NCBI GenBank assembly: GCA_014193115.1 | Contig: BJHQ01000012.1 | Location: 86,803 to 150,802, forward strand | Reading direction: 5' to 3' | Length of the DNA: 64,000 nucleotides | Origin: Planctomycetota bacterium | GTDB taxonomy: Bacteria > Planctomycetota > UBA11346 | Shown here: piece by piece, positions 40,011-49,928 of the stretch | How the letters are laid out: every line of letters begins with the position of its first letter | Numbering within the stretch: the first letter of the stretch is position 1 | Made by a program: the position numbers and the translations under genes | Notes under the pieces: model-generated | Told to the model about the DNA's origin: nothing | Database searches by the model: none | The model's input: the letters and a program-made list of their open reading frames with translations, nothing else

Positions 40011-41417
40011 TCACGGCTGATCGAAGAACGTCAGGTAAGGCTTCCGCTTCGCTTCAAGACGCTGCAAATACAGGGCGAGTTCAAGCGCGTGGTAGTCGCC
40101 CCACAGCGCTGATTCACCGCAAGGGATTTTACTGCCCTTGGGGATGTGATCCCAACCATTGGGACGATGGTAGACAGTGTGCAGGAGCAGGCCCTGATGC
40201 TTCGGCGACGTGCTCAGATAGGGCTCGGCGAACAAGGATTTCGCCACGGTCAGCCCGGCTTGGGTGTAGCGGCGGCCGAGACCGGCGCCTCCCCGTTGCG
40301 CCCCCAGCCAACGGCCGAGGCGGAGCAGGCCCTGGGCGGCGATGGCGGCAGCCGAGCTGTCCACCGGCTCGGCGTCATTGAACGGGTCGGCTGGGCGCTG
40401 CTGCCAGTCGCCGAGCTTGACCAGCAGCGGCGCGCCGGTGTCCCAATAGGGAATGCCGTCGAGGGCGGTGCCGCGGTCGATCCAGAAATCGCACACGGCT
40501 TCGGCGGCGCGGCGATAGGCGGCGAGCACATCCTTCTTGGCGGGCAGGCCGGCAGGTGAAAAGTCGCTTGCTGGCAACGTGTCGAGAAACTCCAGCTGTT
40601 CGGCGTATCCGAGGATCGCCCAGGCCAGACCGCGGGTCCAGGTGGAAAAGGGCGCGAAGCCCTGCTGGCTGCTCGGGCAGCGGAAGGCGCCATCGGTGCG
40701 GTTGAAGATCGATTCGTGGGCAGTGCGACCGCGCACATCGTAGGTGTCGCGGCCTTCGCCATAGTAGATGTTCCAGCGGGCGCTGGTCAGGCCGTGGATC
40801 ACCGACCGGCCGAGCAGGCTGATGACCGCGTCGCCCTCGCCTTGGAAGCGATGACCGAGCTGATGGGCCACGCCGAGGATGCGCACGGTGCGGATGGTGT
40901 CGATGAACAGCGAATGCGGGCCGTTGAACGAATGGACGAACCCGCCGGCGATGCCGTCCTTTTCCTTGCGCTCGGTCCAGCGGCTGGCCTGGGCGCAGGC
41001 GCTGGCGGCGATGGCCAGGGCGTAGAAACGCTGCTGCCAATCATCGTCTGCAGCTCCGGCCTCGCGGCCGAGCCGGCGCAGGTTGCCATAGGTCGACAGA
41101 TTATTGAAGCCGTGATCGTGGACGCCGATGTGGGTGACGTGGGGCGCCATCGCAGCCAGGGTCTGGCTGCGGCCGAGTTCGACCAGGTCGGCATCGCCCA
41201 GGCCGTCGCCAGCCAAAATCGCGCAACCGTACTGGAATCCCTGGGTCCATTCGGTCCAACCGCGGGTGGCATAACGCCCGGCGATGGTGAACACCGGCGT
41301 GCCTTTGCGCGGATCCCAGGTGGCGTGGATCGCCCGGACCTTGTCGGCGGCCAAGGAAAAGACCTGGGCGCAAGCGGCGGAGAGAGAGGCGGGAGTGAGA
41401 GAGTCGTCGAGGCGCAT
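40011..41417 (-). CDS. six-hairpin glycosidase-like protein (GH88/GH105-like, tentative)
   Basis: Size and WGDYHALE-type C-terminal motif. Weak. Confidence 0.3.
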   Translation of the reverse strand: MRLDDSLTPASLSAACAQVFSLAADKVRAIHATWDPRKGTPVFTIAGRYATRGWTEWTQGFQYGCAILAGDGLGDADLVELGRSQTLAAMAPHVTHIGVHDHGFNNLSTYGNLRRLGREAGAADDDWQQRFYALAIAASACAQASRWTERKEKDGIAGGFVHSFNGPHSLFIDTIRTVRILGVAHQLGHRFQGEGDAVISLLGRSVIHGLTSARWNIYYGEGRDTYDVRGRTAHESIFNRTDGAFRCPSSQQGFAPFSTWTRGLAWAILGYAEQLEFLDTLPASDFSPAGLPAKKDVLAAYRRAAEAVCDFWIDRGTALDGIPYWDTGAPLLVKLGDWQQRPADPFNDAEPVDSSAAAIAAQGLLRLGRWLGAQRGGAGLGRRYTQAGLTVAKSLFAEPYLSTSPKHQGLLLHTVYHRPNGWDHIPKGSKIPCGESALWGDYHALELALYLQRLEAKRKPYLTFFDQP

Positions 41418-41508
41418 GATGGGTCAGGATGCGTGAGGCGGGAGGGCGGTGGCCAAGCTCACCGGGGAGGATGCATAGGAATACCGACGTTTCCGGCGGC
41501 GCGGGTGA

Positions 41509-42324
41509 TCACGCCAACTTTCCGGCGAACAGCGGGGCGTCGGCGCTCGGCCGGGACAGGTCGCGGATGAAGGCGGCGGTGCGCTCCAAGGCGATGTGTC
41601 CGGCTTTTTCCAGGGGATGGTCAAGGAACTGATGTCCGGCGCCGGACAAGGTGACGAAGATCGCTTCGGGGCCGAGATGCTGATGAAGCCGCATGGCGAT
41701 CTTGGTGGTGACCTCGCCATCGCCGTCGCCGTGGAGAAGAAGCGCCGGGGGAAAGCCGGCGGCGGCCAGGGCCAGCGGACTCAGGCCCGACCGGTCCGGG
41801 CCGGCGAACTGGTCGCAGATGGTGCGCAGGTTCGACGAGCAGTCGCCGGGCTCCAGGCCGATGGTGATGCCGGCGGCGACCACGCCGCGCACCAGCAGGC
41901 CGCCGGCGTCGGGATTGGCGGCGAGGCGATGGGCGGCGACCAACGCGGTCAGGCTGCCGGCGCCGCTGCCGACCAGCACCACGCCGCCCCGGCTGGGCAA
42001 GCCGAGCAGGCCGGCCTCTTCACCGATGCGCTCGATGCCTTCCAGCACATCGCCGATGATGTCGCTGCCGTCGCGGGCGGTTTCGCTCAGCCGGCGATGG
42101 CCGAGGGCCGCCGCCGGGATGCCCAGGTTGGCCAGCGCCAGCAGCAAGGGCCGCAGATCGGTCCAAGTCTGGGCTTTGCCCACCGGCGGATGAGCCGACC
42201 ACCAACCGCCGGGCAGGCAGATTGCCACCGCCTCGGCGGCCGGCCGCTCGGGCACCACCAGGTCGAAGGTCTGGTGGGGATCGCGGCCGTAGGACACGGC
42301 GAGCAGGGCACGGCAGTCGGTCAT
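41509..42324 (-). CDS. alpha/beta hydrolase (esterase/lipase-like)
   Basis: Nucleophile elbow GSGAGS and the HGDGDxxV context. The ORF extends to 42582 as an Arg-rich extension, assumed untranslated. Confidence 0.5.
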   Translation of the reverse strand: MTDCRALLAVSYGRDPHQTFDLVVPERPAAEAVAICLPGGWWSAHPPVGKAQTWTDLRPLLLALANLGIPAAALGHRRLSETARDGSDIIGDVLEGIERIGEEAGLLGLPSRGGVVLVGSGAGSLTALVAAHRLAANPDAGGLLVRGVVAAGITIGLEPGDCSSNLRTICDQFAGPDRSGLSPLALAAAGFPPALLLHGDGDGEVTTKIAMRLHQHLGPEAIFVTLSGAGHQFLDHPLEKAGHIALERTAAFIRDLSRPSADAPLFAGKLA

Positions 42325-42401
42325 TGGCCGGTGGATGCTGGCGGTGGAAGCCGGGCGACAACCGGGATTGGCTCGGCCGAGTGCGCGGCCAGCATCCAAC
42401 C

Positions 42402-42755
42402 ATGCATGGACTGCTGCTGGTCGATCACGGTTCGCGGCGAAGCGAGGCCAATGCCATGGTCGGCGAGCTGGCCAGCCGCATCGCCGGGCTGCGCCCCGAC
42501 GCGCTGGTGTCCTTCGCCCATCTGGAGCTGGCCGAGCCGTCGATTGCCGACGGCGTGGCCGAGTTGGCCCGGCGCGGCGCAACCGACATCACGGTTCTGC
42601 TGCTGTTCCTCACCGATGGTCGCCACGCCCGCGAGGACGTGCCGCGCCTGGCCGCATCCGCAGCCACGGCCCTCGGCATCACGGTCCGGGTCGGCCCGCC
42701 GCTGGGGGTCAGCGATGCCTTGGCGGAACTGCTGCTGGCGCGGGCCGGCTGTTGA
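42402..42755 (+). CDS. CbiX-type small sirohydrochlorin chelatase
   Basis: MHGLLLVDHGSRR... with an about 117-aa CbiX(S)-like fold. Confidence 0.55.
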   Translation: MHGLLLVDHGSRRSEANAMVGELASRIAGLRPDALVSFAHLELAEPSIADGVAELARRGATDITVLLLFLTDGRHAREDVPRLAASAATALGITVRVGPPLGVSDALAELLLARAGC

Positions 42756-42911
42756 ACTTCGAGCCGGTCGATCGCGCATGCAGCTGAATAACCCATTTTG
42801 GGAATCGCCCAAACGCCCAAGCCCCACGGGGCGGATGGTGGGAGCAAGCGCCGTCGACGCCCGGCGGGTGTTCCAGCGAGCTGAGCATCTCTCAGGTTTT
42901 TCCTTGGCGAC

Positions 42912-44087
42912 TTGGCGACTTGGCGGTTCATCTGTGGCATTGAGGAAAAAAGGCATGGCTCGGTGATCTACCTCGACTGGAACGCCACGGCGCCGCTGCG
43001 CCCAGCCGCCCGCTCCGCCTGGCTCGCCGCCCAGGACACCTCCTGGGGCAATCCGAGTTCGGTCCACGGCATCGGCCAGCGAGCGCGGGCGGCGATCGAT
43101 GGCGCGAAGACCGCCATGGCCCGGCTGCTCGGCTGCCGGGGATATGAACTAGTCCTGACCAGCGGCGGCAGCGAGGCCAATGCCTTGGCGATCCATGCGG
43201 CACTGTCCCTGGATCCGCAGCGCAACAGCATCGTCGCTTCAGCCATCGAGCACAGCTCGGTGCTGCGCAATGCCTCCGCCCGTGGCGCGCTGACCGTGGT
43301 CGGCGTCGATCCGGTCGGCCGCATCGACCCCGCGGCGCTGGCCGCCGCCTGCGGACCTGCAACCGCGTTGGTCTGCTTCCAATACGCCAACAATGAAATC
43401 GGCACGCTCCAGGAGATCCCCGCCCTGATCGCGGCGGTCCGCGCTGTGGCGCCAGCGGCGCTGATCCTGCTCGACGCCGCCCAAGGCGCCGGCAAACGGC
43501 CGCTGCATCTCGGCGCGCTCGGCGTCGATTTCGCCAGCATCGCCGGCCACAAGTTCGGCGCGCCGCTCGGCGCCGGCCTGCTCTATGCCCGCACCGGCCT
43601 CAAGGTCCCGCCGCTGATCCACGGTGGCCGCCAGCAGCAGGACCGGCGCAGCGGCACCGAGGACGTGGCCGGCGCGGTGGCCCTGGCGGCGGCCCTGGGC
43701 GACGCCTTGCACGACTCGGCCCAGAGCGAGGAGCGATGCCGAAACCTGTTGGATTCGTGTTTTTCCACCATCGCCGCTGAACTGCCTGAGGCCGCCTGGA
43801 TCGCCCGCGCCGCGCCGCGGCTCGGCCACACCCTCAGCCTGGCTCATCCCGGGATCGATCAGACCGCGCTGGTCCAGCGCCTTGATCTCGCGGGCATCGC
43901 CGTGTCCACCGGCGCCGCCTGCATGGCGGCCCGCGGCGAGCCGAGCCACGTCCTGCGTGCCCTGGGCATTGCGTCAGAACTGGCTCGCGGGGCGATCAGA
44001 GTCTCGATCGGACACCAGACCACCACCAGCGAGCTGGATGCTTTCGCCGCAGCCTATGTGCGGGAAGTGCGATTGATGCTGCGCTGA
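42912..44087 (+). CDS. cysteine desulfurase / class V aminotransferase (IscS/NifS-like)
   Basis: YLDWNATAP, SGGSEANALAI and the PLP-lysine context SIAGHKFGAP. The true start may be the in-frame GTG at about 42961. Confidence 0.8.
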   Translation: MATWRFICGIEEKRHGSVIYLDWNATAPLRPAARSAWLAAQDTSWGNPSSVHGIGQRARAAIDGAKTAMARLLGCRGYELVLTSGGSEANALAIHAALSLDPQRNSIVASAIEHSSVLRNASARGALTVVGVDPVGRIDPAALAAACGPATALVCFQYANNEIGTLQEIPALIAAVRAVAPAALILLDAAQGAGKRPLHLGALGVDFASIAGHKFGAPLGAGLLYARTGLKVPPLIHGGRQQQDRRSGTEDVAGAVALAAALGDALHDSAQSEERCRNLLDSCFSTIAAELPEAAWIARAAPRLGHTLSLAHPGIDQTALVQRLDLAGIAVSTGAACMAARGEPSHVLRALGIASELARGAIRVSIGHQTTTSELDAFAAAYVREVRLMLR

Positions 44088-44103
44088 CCTGGACGCGGGA
44101 ACC

Positions 44104-45102
44104 CTATTCGCACGACCAGGCCAACGTTTCACCGGCGCGGTACGGCACCACCGGGCCGTAGGCGTCAGGCACCACGCAGGGTCGGCGTTCGAGTCGGATG
44201 GTTCCGGTCTGACGCGGCAGGCGATAGAATTCGCGGCCGAAGCGACAGGCGAAATCGCGCAGCCGATCGAGCCGGCCGAAGCGCTCGAAGGCGTCGGCGA
44301 GATACGGCATCAGCAGCGGCTGGGTGAAGACCCCGGCGCAGGCGCAGGCGGTCTCCTTGTCGTGGCGCGGGTGCGGCGCCGAGTCGCTGCCCAGGAAGAA
44401 CCGTGGATGCCCGCTGGTCGCGGCGGCGCGCAGGGCGGCGCGATCGCTCGGCAGCTTGGCCACCGGCTTGCAGAAATTGTGGTTGCGGCCGGCCCAATGG
44501 TCGACCACCAGGTCGAGGTGATGGACGGTGATGGTGGCGGCGACGGTGTCGCCGAGCCGCTCGACGCAGGCACAGGCGGCGGCGGTGGTGATGTGTTCCA
44601 GCACGATGCGCAAACGGGGAAAATCCCGGTGGAGCTGTTCAAGGTGGGTCAGGAACCGGGCCTCGGCGTCGAGGATGCTGGTGCCGCGATCCGGGTCGCT
44701 GGGCACCTCGCCATGCAGCGACAGCACCAGCCCGGCGGTCTCCATCGCCGCGAACAGCGGGTAATGCGGCGCGTAGGATTCGATGCCGGATTCGCTGTTG
44801 GTGGTCACGCCCTTGGGATAGCTCTTCACCGCCACCACGCCGGCGGCAGCGGCGCCGACCAGAGACTCGGCGGTCAGCTCAGGCGACAGATACAGGGTCA
44901 TCAGAAATTCGACCCCCGGAGCCACCGCCTGCAATTCCCGGCGATAGGCTGCGGCGCGCGCCACCGTCGTCACCGGCGGTTTCAGGTTGGGCATGACCAG
45001 GACCCGGCCGGCGCCGCCAGTGCGGATGGTCGGCGCCACCAGCGCCAGCAGATCGCCCTGACGGAGGTGGACGTGGAGGTCATCGGCGAGGGGCAGTTCC
45101 AT
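44104..45102 (-). CDS. pyrC: dihydroorotase (class II, homodimeric type)
   Basis: [16 protein letters not shown] and SDSAPH motifs. The ORF extends to 45246. Confidence 0.85.
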   Translation of the reverse strand: MELPLADDLHVHLRQGDLLALVAPTIRTGGAGRVLVMPNLKPPVTTVARAAAYRRELQAVAPGVEFLMTLYLSPELTAESLVGAAAAGVVAVKSYPKGVTTNSESGIESYAPHYPLFAAMETAGLVLSLHGEVPSDPDRGTSILDAEARFLTHLEQLHRDFPRLRIVLEHITTAAACACVERLGDTVAATITVHHLDLVVDHWAGRNHNFCKPVAKLPSDRAALRAAATSGHPRFFLGSDSAPHPRHDKETACACAGVFTQPLLMPYLADAFERFGRLDRLRDFACRFGREFYRLPRQTGTIRLERRPCVVPDAYGPVVPYRAGETLAWSCE

Positions 45103-45238
45103 GGCTGGTCGGATGATGGGGCGGCTGCGATCAGGCCAAGGCGGAGGAGGTTCCCTCGGCGCTGGAAAGCCGGAGGACCGAAACTCCGCGGTCCGGGTGC
45201 CGCCTTGGCGTTCGGCTCGGGCCGGGATCATCCCCGAC

Positions 45239-46672
45239 ATGCCCACCGACCGCTACGATTCTCCCCTGTGCAGCCGCTATGCATCGAAGCAGATGCAGGC
45301 GATCTTCAGCGATGATCGGCGTTTCGGCACCTGGCGGCGGATCTGGCTGGAATTGGCCAGGGCCCAGCAGCGGCTGGGATTGGCGATCAGCGATGCCCAG
45401 ATCACGGCGCTGGCGGCGCATCTCGACCACATCGATTATGCGGTTGCCAAGGCCGAGGAGCAGCGCCGCCGCCACGATGTGATGGCCCATGTGCATGCCT
45501 TCGCCGTGGCTGCGCCCGAGGCGGCGCCCATCATCCACCTCGGCGCAACTTCGTGCGACATCACCGACAACGCCGATCTGATCCTGTTCCGCGAGGCCCT
45601 GCACCGGGTTGCCGAGCGCCTGGCCCGGGCGATCGATCGCCTCGCCAAGTTCGCCGGGCAGCACGCGGCGGTGCCGACCCTCGGTTTCACTCATTTCCAG
45701 GCCGCCCAGCTGACCACCGTCGGCAAGCGCGCCTGCCTGTGGCTGAATGACCTGGTGCGCGATCTGGCGGCAATCGAGCGCCAGGCCCGGGATCTCCATT
45801 TCCGCGGCATCAAGGGCACCACCGGCACCCAGGCCAGCTTTTTGGCGCTGTTCCATGGCGATGCCGACAAGGTCGACGATCTTGACCGACTGCTTGCCAG
45901 GGCCTTTGGATTCACCGCGATCGAGCCGGTCACCGGCCAGACCTACAGCCGGCGGGTCGATACCGAAATCCTCAACGTCCTCGCCACGCTGGGCGCCAGC
46001 CTGCACAAGATCGGCACCGACCTGCGTCTGCTGGCCCATCTCAAGGAAGCCGAGGAACCGATTGAGGCCGACCAGATCGGCTCCTCGGCCATGGCCTATA
46101 AACGCAATCCGATGCGGGCCGAGCGGATGTGCTCGCTGTCGCGCCACCTGATGACCTTGGCCGCCGACGGACTGAACACCCAGGCGGTGCAATGGATGGA
46201 GCGGACCCTGGACGACAGCGCGGTGCGCCGCATCGCCCTGCCCGAGGCTTTCCTCGCTGCCGACGCCTGCTGCGGATTGCTCCAAAACATCGCCGAAGGA
46301 CTGGAGATCCATCCCGGGGTCATCGCCAAGCACATCGCCGAGGAGCTGCCGTTCATGGCCACCGAGAACCTGATCATGGCCATGGTCGAAGCCGGCGGGA
46401 ACCGCCAGGACGTGCACGAGGCGATCCGCGTCCATAGCCGCGCCGCTGCCGCCGAGGTCAAGGCGTTCGGCCGAGCCAACGATCTGATCGATCGGATTCG
46501 CGGCGACGGATTCTTTGCGCCGATCCATGGCAAAATCGACCAGCTGCTGGATCCGGCGACCTTCACCGGTCTGGCCGAGCGCCAGTGCCGGCGGTTCCTT
46601 GATCAGCAGATCGCTCCGGCTCTGGCGCCCTATGCCGACCGGCTGGATGCGGCGGCGGCGTTGACGGTGTGA
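45239..46672 (+). CDS. purB: adenylosuccinate lyase
   Basis: [12 protein letters not shown]...GATSCDITD, the fumarate-lyase signature region and the PurB C-terminal domain. Confidence 0.9.
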   Translation: MPTDRYDSPLCSRYASKQMQAIFSDDRRFGTWRRIWLELARAQQRLGLAISDAQITALAAHLDHIDYAVAKAEEQRRRHDVMAHVHAFAVAAPEAAPIIHLGATSCDITDNADLILFREALHRVAERLARAIDRLAKFAGQHAAVPTLGFTHFQAAQLTTVGKRACLWLNDLVRDLAAIERQARDLHFRGIKGTTGTQASFLALFHGDADKVDDLDRLLARAFGFTAIEPVTGQTYSRRVDTEILNVLATLGASLHKIGTDLRLLAHLKEAEEPIEADQIGSSAMAYKRNPMRAERMCSLSRHLMTLAADGLNTQAVQWMERTLDDSAVRRIALPEAFLAADACCGLLQNIAEGLEIHPGVIAKHIAEELPFMATENLIMAMVEAGGNRQDVHEAIRVHSRAAAAEVKAFGRANDLIDRIRGDGFFAPIHGKIDQLLDPATFTGLAERQCRRFLDQQIAPALAPYADRLDAAAALTV

Positions 46673-47052
46673 TGGTGAAGGGACTGGGGGCTGGGGGCTG
46701 GGGGCTGTTGATCGTCTGCGCCGTTTCTGGCTGCGGCGGAGTGCGGATCGAGGTCAGCGATGCCACCACCGGCGCGCTGATCGCAGCGGCGCGGATTTCC
46801 TGCGCAGATCGCGTGGTGGCGCGCACCGGCAGCGACGGCGCAGCCAGTGTTTCTGGCCAGGGTGGCCGGCTGTGGATCAGCGCCGACGGCTACGCTCCGA
46901 TCGGTGTCGATCCGCCGGAACATGGCACCCTGCGCATCGCGCTGGAACCTGCCTGGCAAGAGCGTTTCCTGCGTCAACAGCCGCTCCGCCCGCTGCCGGA
47001 ACCGGGCGATCCAGCCTACCGGCCGAATCCGTGTCCCGGCTGCCCACGCTGA
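46669..47052 (+). CDS. hypothetical lipoprotein
   Basis: Signal peptide with lipobox-like LIVCAVSGC. Its start overlaps the purB stop (ATGA). Confidence 0.4.
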   Translation: MMVKGLGAGGWGLLIVCAVSGCGGVRIEVSDATTGALIAAARISCADRVVARTGSDGAASVSGQGGRLWISADGYAPIGVDPPEHGTLRIALEPAWQERFLRQQPLRPLPEPGDPAYRPNPCPGCPR

Positions 47053-47090
47053 GGCCAGCGGCCAGTACTGCTTTTAGAGGCCAGCGCAGT

Positions 47091-47534
47091 TCATGAGCGG
47101 CCCTGCTCCCACCATCCGGCGAGCATTCCAGCTGCCGGAAGCGACAGCAGCACCAGCGGCGCGAATGCCAGCCACGGTCCCTGTTCCGGCGGTGTCGCTC
47201 CGGCGGCATAGGCCGCCATGATCCGGTCCAGTCCAGTCATCGCCGCCGGCAGCACGATTGCCGCCAGGCAACCGAAGGTGTGCAGCACCATGGCCGACAA
47301 GGGCCCACACGGTCCACGGCGGATGGCGATCGCGGCGACCACCGCCCACAGGATCGGCGGAATCGCCACGCGCCAGGTTCCGCCGCCGATTGATAAACCG
47401 GCAATCCCTGCGGAGCTCGCCAGGATGGCGAGCAGCACGACGAACGTAGCAACCGTGGCCACGGCGCTCGGTGCGCGGTACGGCGGGACCAGCGGGAGCG
47501 CGGAAGATTCCGAATCTGACAGCGGCCGATCCAC
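47091..47534 (-). CDS. hypothetical membrane protein
   Basis: Four hydrophobic segments. No family recognised. Confidence 0.3.
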   Translation of the reverse strand: MDRPLSDSESSALPLVPPYRAPSAVATVATFVVLLAILASSAGIAGLSIGGGTWRVAIPPILWAVVAAIAIRRGPCGPLSAMVLHTFGCLAAIVLPAAMTGLDRIMAAYAAGATPPEQGPWLAFAPLVLLSLPAAGMLAGWWEQGRS

Positions 47535-47567
47535 ACCGATTGGACGGAATCAGCACCGGTGCGATCC

Positions 47568-47592
47568 CTGGGAGCGCAGGCTTCAGCCTGCT
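47568..47592. repeat. REP-like element, half copy A5 (left arm only)
   Basis: CCTGGGAGCGCAGGCTTCAGCCTGC without the matching right arm. Confidence 0.7.
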
Positions 47593-47614
47593 GGAGTGAC
47601 GCCCACCGAGAACC

Positions 47615-48355
47615 TCAGAACCGCCAGCCCAGGGAGATCGTCCCGCCCAGGCCGGTGCGCTTGACCCGCTCTTTGAACGTGACCGAGGCGCCGCCCGGAT
47701 CGTTGGCGGTCGGTTCTGGGTCGGGCCGGGTGCGGCCCTGGCCTTTTACTTCGATCCGCTGATCCATCAGACGCAGGTCGGCGGCGAGCTGCCACTGGCC
47801 CAGGTTCAAAGTTCCGCCGGCGCGCAGACCGTATTCCACCAGCCAGCCGGTGGCATTGGCGACCGTGCCGTTGGATGACTCGATCCGCCCTTCGTGGCGG
47901 TTGGCCTCGGCGAAGCCCAGGCCGGCGAACACGGCGGTTTCGAAGGCGATCACCCGATTGCCTGCGGCCCAGGCGAGCTCCAGATCGCCGATCAGCGCTG
48001 AGTGGTCGTGATCGGCCTTGGCTGCGACCACGGTGAAACGCTGGTAAACTCCAGTAATGCCGAAGCGCCATCCGGTGCTGTCGAGTGCATCCTCATCGAT
48101 ATCTGCGACCAAGGACAAGCCGAAGCGCCAGGCCCGCGACGACGGTCCCAGGGTTTCCGATTCGGCCTCGCTCAGTCCCGGCGCGCCAGTCTCGGCATTG
48201 GACTTGCCCGAGGCCTCGGCGGAAAAACTGCCGGAATCCGGCGCCATGCCGAGTTGGAGCCGCAGGTCGGCGGCGGTCGCCGACGCCGCCAGTGCCATCC
48301 CGGCCACGATGGCGCCAAATCGCCCAACTGATTCGGCCATGGATGATGCGGCCAT
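47615..48355 (-). CDS. outer-membrane beta-barrel protein (porin/OmpW-like), paralog 1
   Basis: Signal peptide, alternating amphipathic strands and a C-terminal ...SLGWRF. Confidence 0.45.
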   Translation of the reverse strand: MAASSMAESVGRFGAIVAGMALAASATAADLRLQLGMAPDSGSFSAEASGKSNAETGAPGLSEAESETLGPSSRAWRFGLSLVADIDEDALDSTGWRFGITGVYQRFTVVAAKADHDHSALIGDLELAWAAGNRVIAFETAVFAGLGFAEANRHEGRIESSNGTVANATGWLVEYGLRAGGTLNLGQWQLAADLRLMDQRIEVKGQGRTRPDPEPTANDPGGASVTFKERVKRTGLGGTISLGWRF

Positions 48356-48362
48356 GGATGGT

Positions 48363-49182
48363 TCAGAAGCGCCAGCCGGTGGATAGCGAGAAAGACAAAC
48401 CATTGAGCGTCAGGGTGTCCTTGGTCTTGCCGACGCCCCAGGTCGGGTCGGTGTACGTATCTTCGCCAGAGGTCTGGAAATAGAGGTAGCGGACGTCGCC
48501 GGCCACCTGCCAACCGCCAGGAAGGGTGAAGATCATCCCGGCGCGCAGGCCGACCTCATAGGCCCAGCCCCAGCCTTTGCCATCGATCGGAGCGGTCTTC
48601 ACGGTCACGCCAGCTTCATCCGAGGCGCTGACCGTGCGGTCGCGGCTGATGTACGAACCGCCGGCACCGGCCAGGGCCGCGAACTCGATCTGCCAGGACG
48701 AGGTCGACACCGGGTGGAAGGCCCAGGCCAGGTCGCCATCTACCAAAATACTCTGGAATTTCGTGGTGCCACGGTGCTCGCCGCCCGATTTGTCGACCGA
48801 CAGCGACTGGTAGCCGAGGGACAATCCAACGACCCCGACGCCGTTGCCGCGGTCGTTTCCGTTGGAATGGGTCAGGCCGACCTGGCCACGGATCCGCTCA
48901 CGCAGCGACACCGTGACGTCTTCGCGCTCCGTGCCCCGGGTCTGGCCGGGGCCTTCGTCGTCCGGGTTGAATTTGCGCCGGGGAACGTGGGTATCGATGG
49001 CCAACGTGCCGGTGGCCGGCATCACCAGCAGGCTCACCCGCACATCGGTGTATTCCTGACGTTGACGTTGGATTTCTTCCCATTCGCTGATGTCGCCATC
49101 GGCGGCGGACAGCCGACCGGTGCACAGGATGAGGCCGGACAGCGTGGCCAGGCCAACGGTGCGGCGGGCGTAGGACGACATG
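48363..49182 (-). CDS. outer-membrane beta-barrel protein, paralog 2
   Basis: Signal peptide MSSYARRTVGLATLSGLILC... and a C-terminal ...LSTGWRF. Adjacent to paralog 1 in the same orientation. Confidence 0.45.
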
Positions 49183-49360
49183 CAGACCTCCACAGACCGG
49201 CCTGAGTAGCGGCAGCCTGCGCAGATGTCGAGACGGGACGAGCCATTTCGCTGTGCACCGTGTGGGCAGGTGGCCACCAGCTGATCCCGGCATCGCTGAC
49301 GGATCCGCGCGCTGGTCTCTAACTTGCTATCCTTTTCCAACCACGCCAAACCGACACGCC

Positions 49361-49735
49361 ATGCCCACCTATGAATATGCCTGCCGGACCTGCGGCATCG
49401 TCGAAGCCTTCCAGTCGATGCGCGATCCGCCCCTGACCAAGTGTCCGTCCTGCGGCAAAAGCGGTGCGCAGCGGATCATCTCCGGCGGGGCCGGCGTGAT
49501 CTTCCGTGGTGATGGTTTCTGGGAAACCGACTACAACCGCAGCGCGGACTACAAGGCCAAGCAAAAGGCAGATAAGGCGCCCGACGCCACGCAATCGGCA
49601 CCGGCCCCCAAACCCGAGCCCAAGCCGGAACTGAAACCGACCAAGTCCGATGCCGCTCCGAAAGCCGCACCAACCGCCAAGCCGGACAAACCTGCGCCAC
49701 CACCCAAGCAACCCGACAGCAGATCGGCGGGATAG
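49361..49735 (+). CDS. FmdB-family zinc-ribbon protein with Lys/Pro/Ala-rich tail
   Basis: MPTYEYACRTCG...CPSCG and the CxxC...CxxC zinc ribbon. Confidence 0.6.
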   Translation: MPTYEYACRTCGIVEAFQSMRDPPLTKCPSCGKSGAQRIISGGAGVIFRGDGFWETDYNRSADYKAKQKADKAPDATQSAPAPKPEPKPELKPTKSDAAPKAAPTAKPDKPAPPPKQPDSRSAG

Positions 49736-49825
49736 GATCATGTCACTTAGACCATCCCGCCTACGCCGGTCCGACAGTCTTCGTGTAAATCATGTCATGA
49801 TAATAGGTTACAAATCAACCCCGGG

Positions 49826-49841
49826 TGGCACGCAGCATGCT
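49826..49841 (+). promoter_or_regulatory. candidate sigma-54 type promoter (TGGCACG-N4-ATGCT) about 88 bp upstream of groEL1
   Basis: Sequence match to the -24/-12 consensus TGGCACG-N4-TTGCW with one mismatch. No CIRCE inverted repeat was found upstream of any chaperonin gene. Confidence 0.25.
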
Positions 49842-49928
49842 ACTCGGAACCGCGACGGCTGACCGTCCAGTCTGACGCTGCCTCGCCATTCTTTCGAACA
49901 CCACGCACCAACCCACCAGGAGCACCCC

